Assembly (NCBI GenBank): GCA_044222185.1
Contig: JBGANV010000009.1
Span: 128,001-192,000, forward strand
DNA: 64,000 nt
Direction: 5' to 3'
Source of the DNA: Planctomycetota bacterium
Lineage (GTDB): Bacteria; Planctomycetota; GCA-002687715; CAIWVZ01
Shown: in pieces, positions 38,746 through 48,900 of the stretch
How positions within the stretch are numbered: position 1 is the first letter of the stretch
How the letters are laid out: every line of letters begins with the position of its first letter
Notes under the pieces: generated by a model
Seen by the model: only the letters and a program-made list of their open reading frames with translations
Database searches by the model: none
Told to the model about the DNA's origin: nothing
Made by a program: the position numbers and the translations under genes

Positions 38746-39500
38746 TGGCTCGCGTCGGGCGTTTCCTCGTGGGGTTCATGCGTGCGAGCGTCGGTCCGCT
38801 GATCGTCATCGCCGCCGGAGCCGTGCACGGATATCTCATCACGAAGGGCGTGTATCGCCGCTACCCCATCGAGTGGTGGCTCGTGGCGGCGTTCGGCCTC
38901 TGGGTCGCGTGGCGCGAGCGGCGGGTGCATCGGCACGTCGTCCCGCTCGTCCTCGCGATCCTGCTGGCGGCCTTCTTCGTGTGGATGACGACCGTCGGAA
39001 CCCGAGTGACGCGTCCGCCGTTGGCGCTTCGTGACGGTGGGCCCTTCACCGCGTCCGAACTGGTGTCGGATTCGGGTGCGGCGGTGTCCTGGCCGCGGGA
39101 CTTCGGGACGCGCCGCGCGAACCTGCTCGTGTTCTTCCGAGGCACGTGGTGAATCGCCTGCGTCGCGCAGCTCGTGGAGCTGCAAGCACATCTCGCGGCC
39201 TTCGACGATCGGGGCGTGGGGATCACCGCGGTCGCGATCGACCCGCCCGAGGCGCTCGCGCGGCTGCGTCGACTTCGCAACCTCACGATCGGACTCGTGT
39301 CGGACCAGAAGCGCCAGTTGGCATCGACGCTCGCGATGCTCGACACGCACACGGGAGGTCCGGCCGACGGTTTCTTCGCGACGGCGATCCTGGTGGATTC
39401 CCAGGGGCGCGTCCTCTGGCATCGCGAGGAGGACGACCTGCGGGTTCGCGCCACGTCGGCGGAGTTGATCGACGCCATCGACGGCGCGCTTCCGAAATGA
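38745..39500 (+). CDS. Membrane-anchored peroxiredoxin/AhpC-TSA-like selenoprotein (UxxC)
   Basis: Single frame from ATG 38745 through in-frame TGA 39150-39152: ...LLVFFRGTW-U-IAC-VAQLVELQ...ITAVAIDPP...LVSD...ATAILVDSQGRVLW; about three N-terminal hydrophobic helices. Confidence 0.85.
39165..39187 (+). promoter_or_regulatory. Candidate bacterial SECIS hairpin
   Basis: GCAGCTC-GTG-GAGCTGC perfect 7-bp stem with a G-starting apical loop 22 nt after the UGA. Confidence 0.7.
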
Positions 39501-39561
39501 ACGGGGCTCGATCCGGCTGGCCGATCGACGCGATCGGCCACGGCTTCAATGGAGAGACGTC

Positions 39562-41604
39562 ATGACGTGGAATTCAGCGATGGCGCGGGGGGTCCGCGGC
39601 GTTTGCGTGGCGTTGCTGGTGATCGTCGCGCTGCGTGGTCAGGACACGAGACCCGCCGAGGCCGGAGCACCGATCGAGGCCGGGAAGTTTCGACTCCACA
39701 AGTTCGAGCAGCCCATCGGGGACGAGAGCTACACGATCGAGCAGGACGGCTCCGACCTCGTCATCCGCTCGGATTTCAAGTTCACCGACCGCGGTTCGCC
39801 GGTGCCTCTTCGTGCCGTGCTCAGGACGACGGCCGATCTCACGCCTCGAGCGTTCCAGACGAAGGGCAAGGTCTCGCGGTTCACGCCCATCGACGACGAG
39901 ATCACGATCGCCGACGGCAAGGCGACGATCCGTGAGGCGGGCGAGTCCCGAGAAGTGAAGGTCGCCGATCGATTCTTCACGATCACGGGGTACGCGCCCG
40001 TCATCGTCCAGCAGGAGCTGCTGCGCTACGTGAAGGGACACGGGATCACCGGGGCCGTCGAGACGCTGCCGGGTGGCACCGTCACGGTCGAGGCGCGCGG
40101 GGTCGACGTGGTGACGACCGACGGGAAGAAGGTCGAGCTCTTCCGCTACGTGGTCACGGGGCTGATCTGGGGCCGCGAGGCGATCTGGGCCGATGGCTCG
40201 GACCGGCTCGTCGCCGTCGTCGCCTGTGATGCCGAGTTCGATCACTTCGAGGCCATTCGCGAGGGCTACGTGGACTCGCTGCCGCTCTTCGTCGCCCGCG
40301 CGGCAGAAGACGGCATGGCGGCGCTCGCGAAGGTCGCGAGCACGATCAGCCCGGCGAAGCCCGGGATCACCGCGATCACGCATGCGAGGCTGATCGACGG
40401 AACGGGCGCCGCGCCGCTCGATGATGCCGTGATCGTCGTCGATCACGACCGGATCGTCGCCGTGGGGCCGGCCTCTGCCGTGAAGGTCCCAGCCGACGCC
40501 AAGGTCGTCGACGTCCAGGGCAACACAGTGATCCCCGGCCTGTGGGACATGCACTCGCACTTCGAGCAGGTCGAATGGGGCGCGATCTACCTCGCGGCCG
40601 GCGTCACGACCGTGCGCGATTGCGGCAACGAGTTCGACTACATCAAGACCGTCCGTGACGTCATCGCGAAGGGAGAGGGCCTGGGGCCGCGCCTCCTGCT
40701 CGCCGGCATCGTCGACGGCGACAGCGACGTGGCTCTCGGGATCGTCCGCGCGAACGACGCCGACCAGGCTCGCGCCGTGGTGAAGCGCTATCACGACGCC
40801 GGATTCCAGCAGATCAAGATCTACAGCTCGGCGACGAAGGCGACGGTCGCCGCACTCTGCGCGGAGGCGCACAAGGTCGGCATGACGGTGACGGGGCACA
40901 TCCCCGAAGGCATGACGGCGGTCGACGGCATCGAGGCCGGCATGGACCAGATCAATCACGTCCAGTACGTCGCCGACGTCATGAAGCTTCGCAAGAAGAA
41001 GGGGACGACCGAGTCGGGGCCGGCAGCCTTCGACTTCGACGCACCGGACGTCGTGCGCACGCTCGAGCTTCTGAAGTCCCGCAACATCGTCGTGGACCCC
41101 ACGCTCACCGTCTTCGAGTGGTCCATGAACACGACGGACAACCCCTACTCGAACTTCGAGCCCGGGGTTCCTCACGTGGCGCGTGAGCTGTTCAAGACGC
41201 TGAACAACTCGGGCCTTCCGCCCGCGTTCGCCCTCCGCGGCAAGACGAAGTTCGAGCAGTTCATGGCGACGGTGACGGCCATGCACAAAGCCGGGATCAC
41301 GATGGTCGCGGGCACGGACCAGGTCGTGCCCGGCTACAGCGTGTATCGCGAACTCGAGCTGTACGTGAAGGCGGGATTCACGCCCATGGAGGCGATCCAG
41401 GCGGCGACGATCGTCCCCGCGCGCGTGATGAAGCTCGATCGGGAACTGGGCACGGTGCAGGTCGGCAAGATCGCAGACCTCGCCATCATCGATGGCGACC
41501 CGCTCCGCTCGATCAGCGAGATCCGCAACGTGCGGTCCGTCGTCACCGGGGGGCGGGTGTACGCGAGCGCGCCCCTCTGGACGAGCGCGGGGTTTCGGCC
41601 GTAG
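39562..41604 (+). CDS. Exported metal-dependent amidohydrolase with extra N-terminal domain
   Basis: Signal peptide; IPGLWDMHSH, AAGVTTVRD, QIKIY, VTGH, AGTD, GKIADL. Confidence 0.9.
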   Translation: MTWNSAMARGVRGVCVALLVIVALRGQDTRPAEAGAPIEAGKFRLHKFEQPIGDESYTIEQDGSDLVIRSDFKFTDRGSPVPLRAVLRTTADLTPRAFQTKGKVSRFTPIDDEITIADGKATIREAGESREVKVADRFFTITGYAPVIVQQELLRYVKGHGITGAVETLPGGTVTVEARGVDVVTTDGKKVELFRYVVTGLIWGREAIWADGSDRLVAVVACDAEFDHFEAIREGYVDSLPLFVARAAEDGMAALAKVASTISPAKPGITAITHARLIDGTGAAPLDDAVIVVDHDRIVAVGPASAVKVPADAKVVDVQGNTVIPGLWDMHSHFEQVEWGAIYLAAGVTTVRDCGNEFDYIKTVRDVIAKGEGLGPRLLLAGIVDGDSDVALGIVRANDADQARAVVKRYHDAGFQQIKIYSSATKATVAALCAEAHKVGMTVTGHIPEGMTAVDGIEAGMDQINHVQYVADVMKLRKKKGTTESGPAAFDFDAPDVVRTLELLKSRNIVVDPTLTVFEWSMNTTDNPYSNFEPGVPHVARELFKTLNNSGLPPAFALRGKTKFEQFMATVTAMHKAGITMVAGTDQVVPGYSVYRELELYVKAGFTPMEAIQAATIVPARVMKLDRELGTVQVGKIADLAIIDGDPLRSISEIRNVRSVVTGGRVYASAPLWTSAGFRP

Positions 41605-41657
41605 CGACGGCGTGCGTCACCGCGTGAGCGGCGACGCGGCCCACGCGCCGGGCCGCG

Positions 41658-42689
41658 TCAGTATCCGAGCTTGACCTGCAGGGCGTTCGTCACGTCGACC
41701 CCGAGGCCCGACGCGGACGACGGGTTCACGGCGACGGCCTGGAGTCTCGCGTTGACGCCCGCAAGCGCCGGCAGGAAGGGGAAGGAGAGCGTCAGCGTGG
41801 CGTTCCCGCTGGCGTTGGTCACCGGAGTCCCCAGCGTCAGCATGGTCGGCACGTCGATGCCGATGGCGCATCCGTTCAGCGACGACGCTGCCGCGGGGGG
41901 AAGGCTGCCGAGGATCGACGCCGTCGTCGCTGGCGGCGCGCCGCTGACGGTGATCGTCGCGCTGCCACCGAGGACCGGCGGCGTGGAGGCGAGCTGGGCG
42001 TTGCCGCAGGCCGTCGTCACGGACGTCACCGTGGCGGTGAGCGATCCCGTCGTCCAGAAGAACGCGCCGGTGAAAGAGGCCTGGACTCCCGGGAGGCTCG
42101 TCGGCGCTTGCGGCAGCGCGTTGATCGGAATCCAATTCCCGCTCGTCGGCGGAGTCTCCACCTCGAAGAGCAGGTTGACGGCGACCGCGCTTGTCGAGGG
42201 GGCGGCGTTCACGACGGCGCCCGACCCGAAGAACGGTGCCGGCGCCGCGATGACGTTCGCACCCGGGGTCGCCGACGTGAGTGTCAGGCGAACGTTCAAC
42301 GTCGACAACGCCGGGCCGGGGATCGAGGGGTCGTCCCAGCCCACGCTGCCCGTCCACCGCGCGAACGCCGGGAAGCTGCTCGCCGCGCCGTTGAACGACA
42401 ACGTCTGCGGGCCGTTCTGCATGGCGACCGTGACCGCGCCGCCGCTCTGCGGTCCCCAGTACAGCTGGGTGAATGCACCAGGCTGGAACCCGGTGAACTG
42501 AAGCGTGCGTCCGCCGCTGTTGCCGGCGTCGGTGCCGACGGTCGTGAACGTCGCGCCTCCCGGCGGCGGAAACGCCGGTCCGAGGATCTGGGCGAAACCG
42601 CTGGCGCTGATGCACGCGGCGACGGCGCCGACGATCACGACTCGCAGGGCCCGAGTCCCCGTTGAAGCCACGGATGAGCGATTCCGCAT
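41658..42689 (-). CDS. Secreted protein with shared C-terminal domain
   Basis: GGAGGAG SD before ATG 42689; signal ...SGFAQ; C-terminus PVLGG...TNASGNATLTLSFPFLPALAGVNARLQAVAVNP...VTNALQVKLGY. Confidence 0.82.
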   Translation of the reverse strand: MRNRSSVASTGTRALRVVIVGAVAACISASGFAQILGPAFPPPGGATFTTVGTDAGNSGGRTLQFTGFQPGAFTQLYWGPQSGGAVTVAMQNGPQTLSFNGAASSFPAFARWTGSVGWDDPSIPGPALSTLNVRLTLTSATPGANVIAAPAPFFGSGAVVNAAPSTSAVAVNLLFEVETPPTSGNWIPINALPQAPTSLPGVQASFTGAFFWTTGSLTATVTSVTTACGNAQLASTPPVLGGSATITVSGAPPATTASILGSLPPAAASSLNGCAIGIDVPTMLTLGTPVTNASGNATLTLSFPFLPALAGVNARLQAVAVNPSSASGLGVDVTNALQVKLGY

Positions 42690-42929
42690 GAGAGTCTCCT
42701 CCGGTCGTTGCGTCCGGCGCTGGGTGAGGTGGCGTCGACCATAGGCTGGCCTTTCGAGATGTGCAAGCGTCGGGATGCTGCGCCGAACCTGGATGCGAGG
42801 TGCCATCTCACCCGCTCGGACGGGGGGATTTCAGGCTTCGTCACGCAGGTCTCGCCGTGGAGCCGAGCCCAATCCGGTCAGCCGTCCGGGACGTAGTTCG
42901 GTGGATTCCACCGGGAGACTCATCCGCAC

Positions 42930-45900
42930 ATGCAGCACCGTCACTCGTTCGCCGCGGCCTGGGTTGCCGCATCGGTCGTGGCCATCAGCGCGCTGGTTCC
43001 GGCGCAGGCGGCCCTCACGGATAGCTGGACCGGGCTCGTCAGCGCCGAGTGGACGAACGGCGGGAACTGGAGCCTCGGATCACCGCCTTCCGTGGCGGAC
43101 CAGGCCGTCATTCCGACACCGCAGCCGGGGCGCTTCGATCCTCAGGTCGGCCTCGTCGACGTCACGTGCGGCGCGCTCACCGTCAATTCGGGCGCGACGC
43201 TGACGCTCATCGGACATCGATTGACGGCCTTCGGCTCGTTGACGAATGCCGGGCAGATCACGAAGACGGCGGCCCCGGGTGCCCTTCTCGTCCTTGCTGG
43301 CGGCGGCACGGTGTCGAGCTTCGGAGCCTGCACCGTCGACGTCTCGGTGACGAGCGCGGTCGGTGCGGCCAACGCCAACCTCTTCCTCGGAACCAACCTC
43401 TTCGTGACCGGGAGCTTCCAGGTGGGGAACTTCGGCAGCCTCACCGTCGCCGGGAACCTGACGGTCAACAACGGGAACCTGATCGTTCCCAACTCGCTCA
43501 CCGTCGTGACCGTCGGCGGCAACGTCAGCCTGTCGAACATGCCGCAGACGACCTTCGCCACGTTCCAGGTGAGCGGGAACTGGTTCTCCGACGCGAGCTA
43601 CTCGACGAACTCGGGCGTCGTGACGTTCACGGGCACTTCGCCCCAGACCATCACCGGCGCGGGACTGTTTCCGAGCATCACCGTCGCGCCCGGAGCCGTC
43701 GTCGTCACGGCGGGCGCACTCACGATCGCGGGCGACCTCTTCGTCGGTGGCGTGTTGCAGAACGGCGGGGCGGTCACGGCGGGCAGCCTGGCGTTCGGCG
43801 TCACGGTGATCACGGGTTCGGTGCTCGGGCCGGGACCTGTCGTCCTGAGTGGAACCGGCGCCATCACGATCGGTCCGAATGCCACGATCGCCGCGCTCGA
43901 GATCGCCATCCTTCCGCAGGCGACGTTCGCGCTCGCGGCGGACACGCACTTCACCGGAAACTTCACTCTCACCAGCGGCATCCTGAACGTGAACGGGCGC
44001 AAGCTCACCGTCGATGGAACGGCGACGTTCCACGGCGGCATCCTCACGAGTGGGGGCAACGCCGCGAGCGAGCTGGACCTGAACGGCCCCGTCGTCTTCT
44101 CCGGCACGACCACACCTGCGGGCGCGACGCCTCCCACGATCCGGGCGTCGTCCTCGTGGTCCGCCGATGGGACCTTCAACCCGACGAATGGCACCGTGAC
44201 GTTCGATGGCGTCACGCAGACTCTCGCCGGCCCGGCGCCCCGGTTCTTCGGCCTCACGATCGCCGCGGGGTCGGCCACCAATCTCGTGGCGACGCCGCTC
44301 GTGAGCGGCACGCTCACGGTCGCCGGCACTCTGGCACTCGCGGCAAACCTCGATCTCGCCGGCGGGCTCGCCGTCACGGGAACCGTTGCGGGCCCCGCGC
44401 GGCTCCGGCTCGTGGGGAGCGCGTTCACCGGGCTCGCGTTCTCGGGCTCCGTCGCCAACCTCGAAGTCGCGAAAGACACCAACGCGGTCACCGTCGCGGC
44501 GCAGGGACCGCTCACGCTGAACAACTTCCGGCTGTCCGCGGGACGGTTCGCGACGAACGGGTCCACCGTGACCGTCAACGGAGCCGGCGAGTTCGTCGGA
44601 GGAATCCTCAGCCACGGCGGGTTCGGCGGGACGCTCGACCTGAACGGGTCGACGTCGTTCTCCGGAACGGCGGCGGAGAATCCGACCCTGCCGTTCATCC
44701 GCTGCTCGGGCAGTTGGAACGCCGACGCCACGTTCGCGCCGACCGCCGGGACGATCGAGTTCGACGGCACGTCGCCACAGACGATCAGTGGCGGCGGTCC
44801 GCGGTTCTTCGATCTCACGCTCGATCCCGGATCCGCGGTCACGCTGGGCTCGGCGATCGCCGTGCTCGGCGCGCTCCAGGTCAACGGTGGCCTCGGTCTC
44901 CCGTGGCCAGCCACCGTGTCCGGGTCCGTCGGTGTCGCCGCCACGGGGTCGATCACGGGCAGCGCGCGGTTGCGCATGGTCGGCTCGTCCGCCTCTCTCA
45001 GCGGCATCGTGCCACGGCTCGAATGTGCGAAGTCCGCAGGCCAGGCCGTGATGCTTTCCGGCACCACGACGACGCAGGACCTCCTCGCCACGTCAGGCAC
45101 GATCAACACGAACGGATCGACCTTCACGGTCGATGGGCCGGCGGTCCTGAACGACAGCCGACTTTCCCACGGTGGATTCGGGGGCGCCTTCGACTTCAAC
45201 GGCAACGTGACCTTGGCGAACACCGTCGCCGAACCCGGACTGGTTCCCTTGATCCGCGCCGCGGGTCACTGGACCGCCGACGGAGCCTTCGCGCCCAACA
45301 ACTCCCCCGTCATCTTCGACGGCACGGCGCCGCAGACCATCACCGGGTCATCGCTCGGCTTCTTCGACCTGACGATCCAGTCGGGAGCGAACGTGACGAC
45401 GCAGGCTCCGCTCGGCGTGCTCGGTCGGCTGAGCGTCGCGGGCACGCTCACGTCGAACGTGACCCTCACCGTGACCGGCCAGGTCGACGTGGCGACGGCG
45501 GGTCAGCTCCTCGGGACCGGCTTGCTGCGCGTCGTCGGTCCGTCGTCGACGATCGCTGGCGTGATCCCGCACCTCGAGTGCGCGAGGCCGGCGACCGAGA
45601 CCACGGCGCTCCTGGGCACCACGACCGTTTCGGACTTCGTCCTCACGTCGGGTCGCTTCGCCATCAACGGTTCGACGTTCACCGTCAACGGCCCGGCGAC
45701 GTTCGTCGGAGGGAAGCTCAGTCACGGCGGCTTCGGAGGCCTCGTCGACCTCAACGGCAACGCCACGTTCGTCGGGACGACTCCTGACGGGACGGCCGTG
45801 CCGCAGATCCGCATCTCCGGCAACTGGACGTCCGGTGCGTCCTTCGCACCTGCGGCCGGTCTCGTCACGTTCGACGGCACGACCCCGCAGACGATCGGCG

Positions 45901-48900
45901 GAACGTCCGTCGCCTTCTTCGACCTGACGATTCAGGCTGGCGCGAACGTGACGGCGCTCGCACCGATCGCCGTCCTCGGGCGCCTGAACGTGTCGGGCAC
46001 GCTCACGTCGAACTTCACCGTCACGGCGACGGGGCAGGTGGACGTGTTCGCGAGCGGGCAGGTTCTCGGCTCGGGCATCCTCCGCATCGTCGGAAACTCA
46101 TCCGCCCTTCAGGGGTCGATCCCGCACCTCGAGATCGCGCGCCCCACGGGGCAGACGACGTCTCTCAGCGGGAGCCTCACCGTCGCAGATTTCGTCCTCA
46201 CCTCCGGCACGTTCTCGACCAACGGGTCGACCTTGACCGTGAACGGACCCGCCACGTTCAACGGCGGCACTCTGAGTCACGGCGGGTTCGGCGGCCTGAT
46301 CGACATCAACGGCAGCGCCGTGTTCACGTCGACGATCCCGGACGGGCAGCTCGTTCCGCTCATCCGGATCTCGGGCAACTGGACGTCGGACGCGGCGTTC
46401 GCGCCGACCAACGGAACGGTCATCTTCGACGGCACGTCGTCGCAGACGATCGGCGGGTCCAGCGTGAACTTCATGCACCTCACGATCCAATCCGGCGCCA
46501 ACGTGCTCGCGTCCACACCCGTGCTCGTCGCCGGCAATCTGCAGGTCGACGGCGCGATCGCCCTCTCGGGCACGATGTCGGTCGCGGGGAACGTCGGCGT
46601 GAGTGGCGCGGGCGCCGTCACGGGCCTTGGGCTCCTGCGGATGATCGGCGGAAACGCGAGCGTGTTCGGTGCGATCCCGCACCTGGAGATCGCCAAGGCG
46701 AGCGGCGCCGTGGTGGTTCTCGCCGGGACGCTCACCGATCAAGACTTCCGCCTCACGTCCGGGATCTTCGCGACCAATGGCGCCACGGCGATCGTGAACG
46801 GCCCGGCCGTGTTCGCTGGCGGGCAGATCTCGCACGCAGGTTTCGGCGGTCTCTTCGACCTGAACGGCGCCGCGAGCTTCACGAACACGACGGTGCAAGC
46901 GGGCCTCGCGCCGCTGATTCGCGCCTCCGGTAGCTGGAGTGCCGACGCGGCGTTCGCGCCGACGAACGGCATGGTCATCTTCGACGGGACGACGCCGCAG
47001 TCGATCGGCGGGACCACGGTGAAGTTCTCCGATCTCACGATCCAGGCCGGTGCCGTCGTGACGGCCTCGGTGCCGCTCTCCGTCACCGGCAACTTCCAGG
47101 TCGAGGGAACGCTCACGCCGCAGGCCGACGTCGCCGTGGCGCAGGGTGTCGTCGTCGGGGCTGTGGGAATCCTCGGCGGACCCGGGACGTTGCGGCTCGT
47201 CGGGCAGAATTCCGCCCTATCGGGCGCCGTGTCGCGGGTCGAGATCGCCAAGGCTTCGGGACAGGCCGTCGTGCTCTCCGGCGCCAGTTCGGCGACGGAG
47301 TTGCTCCAGACGTCGGGTGGGTTGACGACGAACGGCGCGACGCTGACGGTGAATGGCCCGGCGACGTTCAGCGGCGGCACGCTCTCGCACGGCGGATTCG
47401 GCGGCGTGCTCGACCTGAACGGCAGCGCCACGTTCTTCAACACCACGTTCGTCGGCTCACTCGTGCCGACGATCCGCGTGGCGGGGAATTTCCTCGCCGA
47501 CGCTGCCTTCGCGCCGTCGACGGGGACCCTCGAGCTGGATGGCACGAATCCGTCGACCATCGCGTCGAGCGTTCCGAGCGGGGTGCTCACCTTCGCGCAG
47601 CTCACGATCCGTAACGGCATACGCCGTGCGGCTGGCGCGCAGACGTGGCGCGCTCAGAACGTCACCATCGAGTCGAGCGGGACGTTCTCGACGCAGACGT
47701 CCCGCGTCGGCGTGCATCTGCCGACGGGATCGACGGCGATCACGGCCAACGGCGTGCTCGACGTTCCCGCGGGCGGCGAACTCGCGTTGGGTCCGGCGAC
47801 GACTCTCACGGTCGGGTCGTCGGGGCGTTTGAACCTCCTTGGCGCACCCGGGAACCCTGCGCGGCTCCGCGGTGAAGCGGGCGGCGGCTACGCCGTCACC
47901 GTCGGCGGCATGCTTGCCGCTCGCGACTTCGTCGTCGAGCAACCGGGAAGCGGCGGGTTCACGATCCTTCAGGCGGCGACGTTGGCCGCCGCTCCGGACG
48001 ATTTCCGCCGCGGGGTCTTCGATCGCCCGGCGAACGTGGCGGGCGCCGTGCTGCTCGACGTCCGTCGCCCCGTCGCCGCGGCGTTCAACGACATCGGGTT
48101 CCAGAACTCGCTCGGCGTCGCCGCGGCGTTCAACGTGCGTGTGACGGGCGGCGCGCCGGTCGGATTCACGAACTGGTCGGGCACGTTCGGCGGTCCCACC
48201 TTCGAGGCTGACCCGCTCGGGCTCGTGACGTGGGGCAGTGCGGCCACGGCCACGGTGAACGGGTTCACCGCGTCCGCCGCGACGTATTCCGCGCTCCTGA
48301 CGTGGACGTCGACCGCCGAGTCGGGCATCGCCGCCTACGTTGTCGAGAGGGCCATCGGCCCGGGCGCATTCGTGACCGTGGGCGTCGCCCCGGCGACGGG
48401 CCCCGGTGCCTATCAGACGCTCGACGGGGACGTCCTCGCGGGCGTGACGTACGCGTGGCGGCTCTCGTCCGTTGCCGCATCGGGAGTGGTGACCGTGCTT
48501 GCCAACACGTCGGCGACGACGGGCGCGCCGGCGCCGGCATCGGCGAACATCCTCACGGTGGGCCCGGGCGGATTCCCCTCGATCCAGGCAGCGATCGTTG
48601 CGGCCACGGTGCCGTCGTCGCTCATCCGGGTGCGGCCGGGGACCTACCCCGCGTTCACCGTCGCGAGCGTGCCGGTCGGAGGACTGCGCATCAGCGGCGA
48701 TGGAACCGGACCTGTCGTCGTCGACACCGCCTCGGCGCCCGTTCGCATCCAGAACACGCCGGCGGGGCGGTCGGTCGAACTCGCCGACCTGACGATCGGC
48801 AGCGCGGGGTCGCCGAACGGAGGCCTGGAGATCACCGGCTGCGCCGGTCCCGTGATCGTGGATCGCGTCCTCGTGAACGGCGGGTCGGGGCCGGCGCCCT

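Noticed and set aside
39150-39152. Pseudogene or two separate small genes
   Set aside because: The stop falls exactly on the catalytic Cys position and is followed by a SECIS-like hairpin and an intact downstream domain; Sec recoding is more parsimonious.
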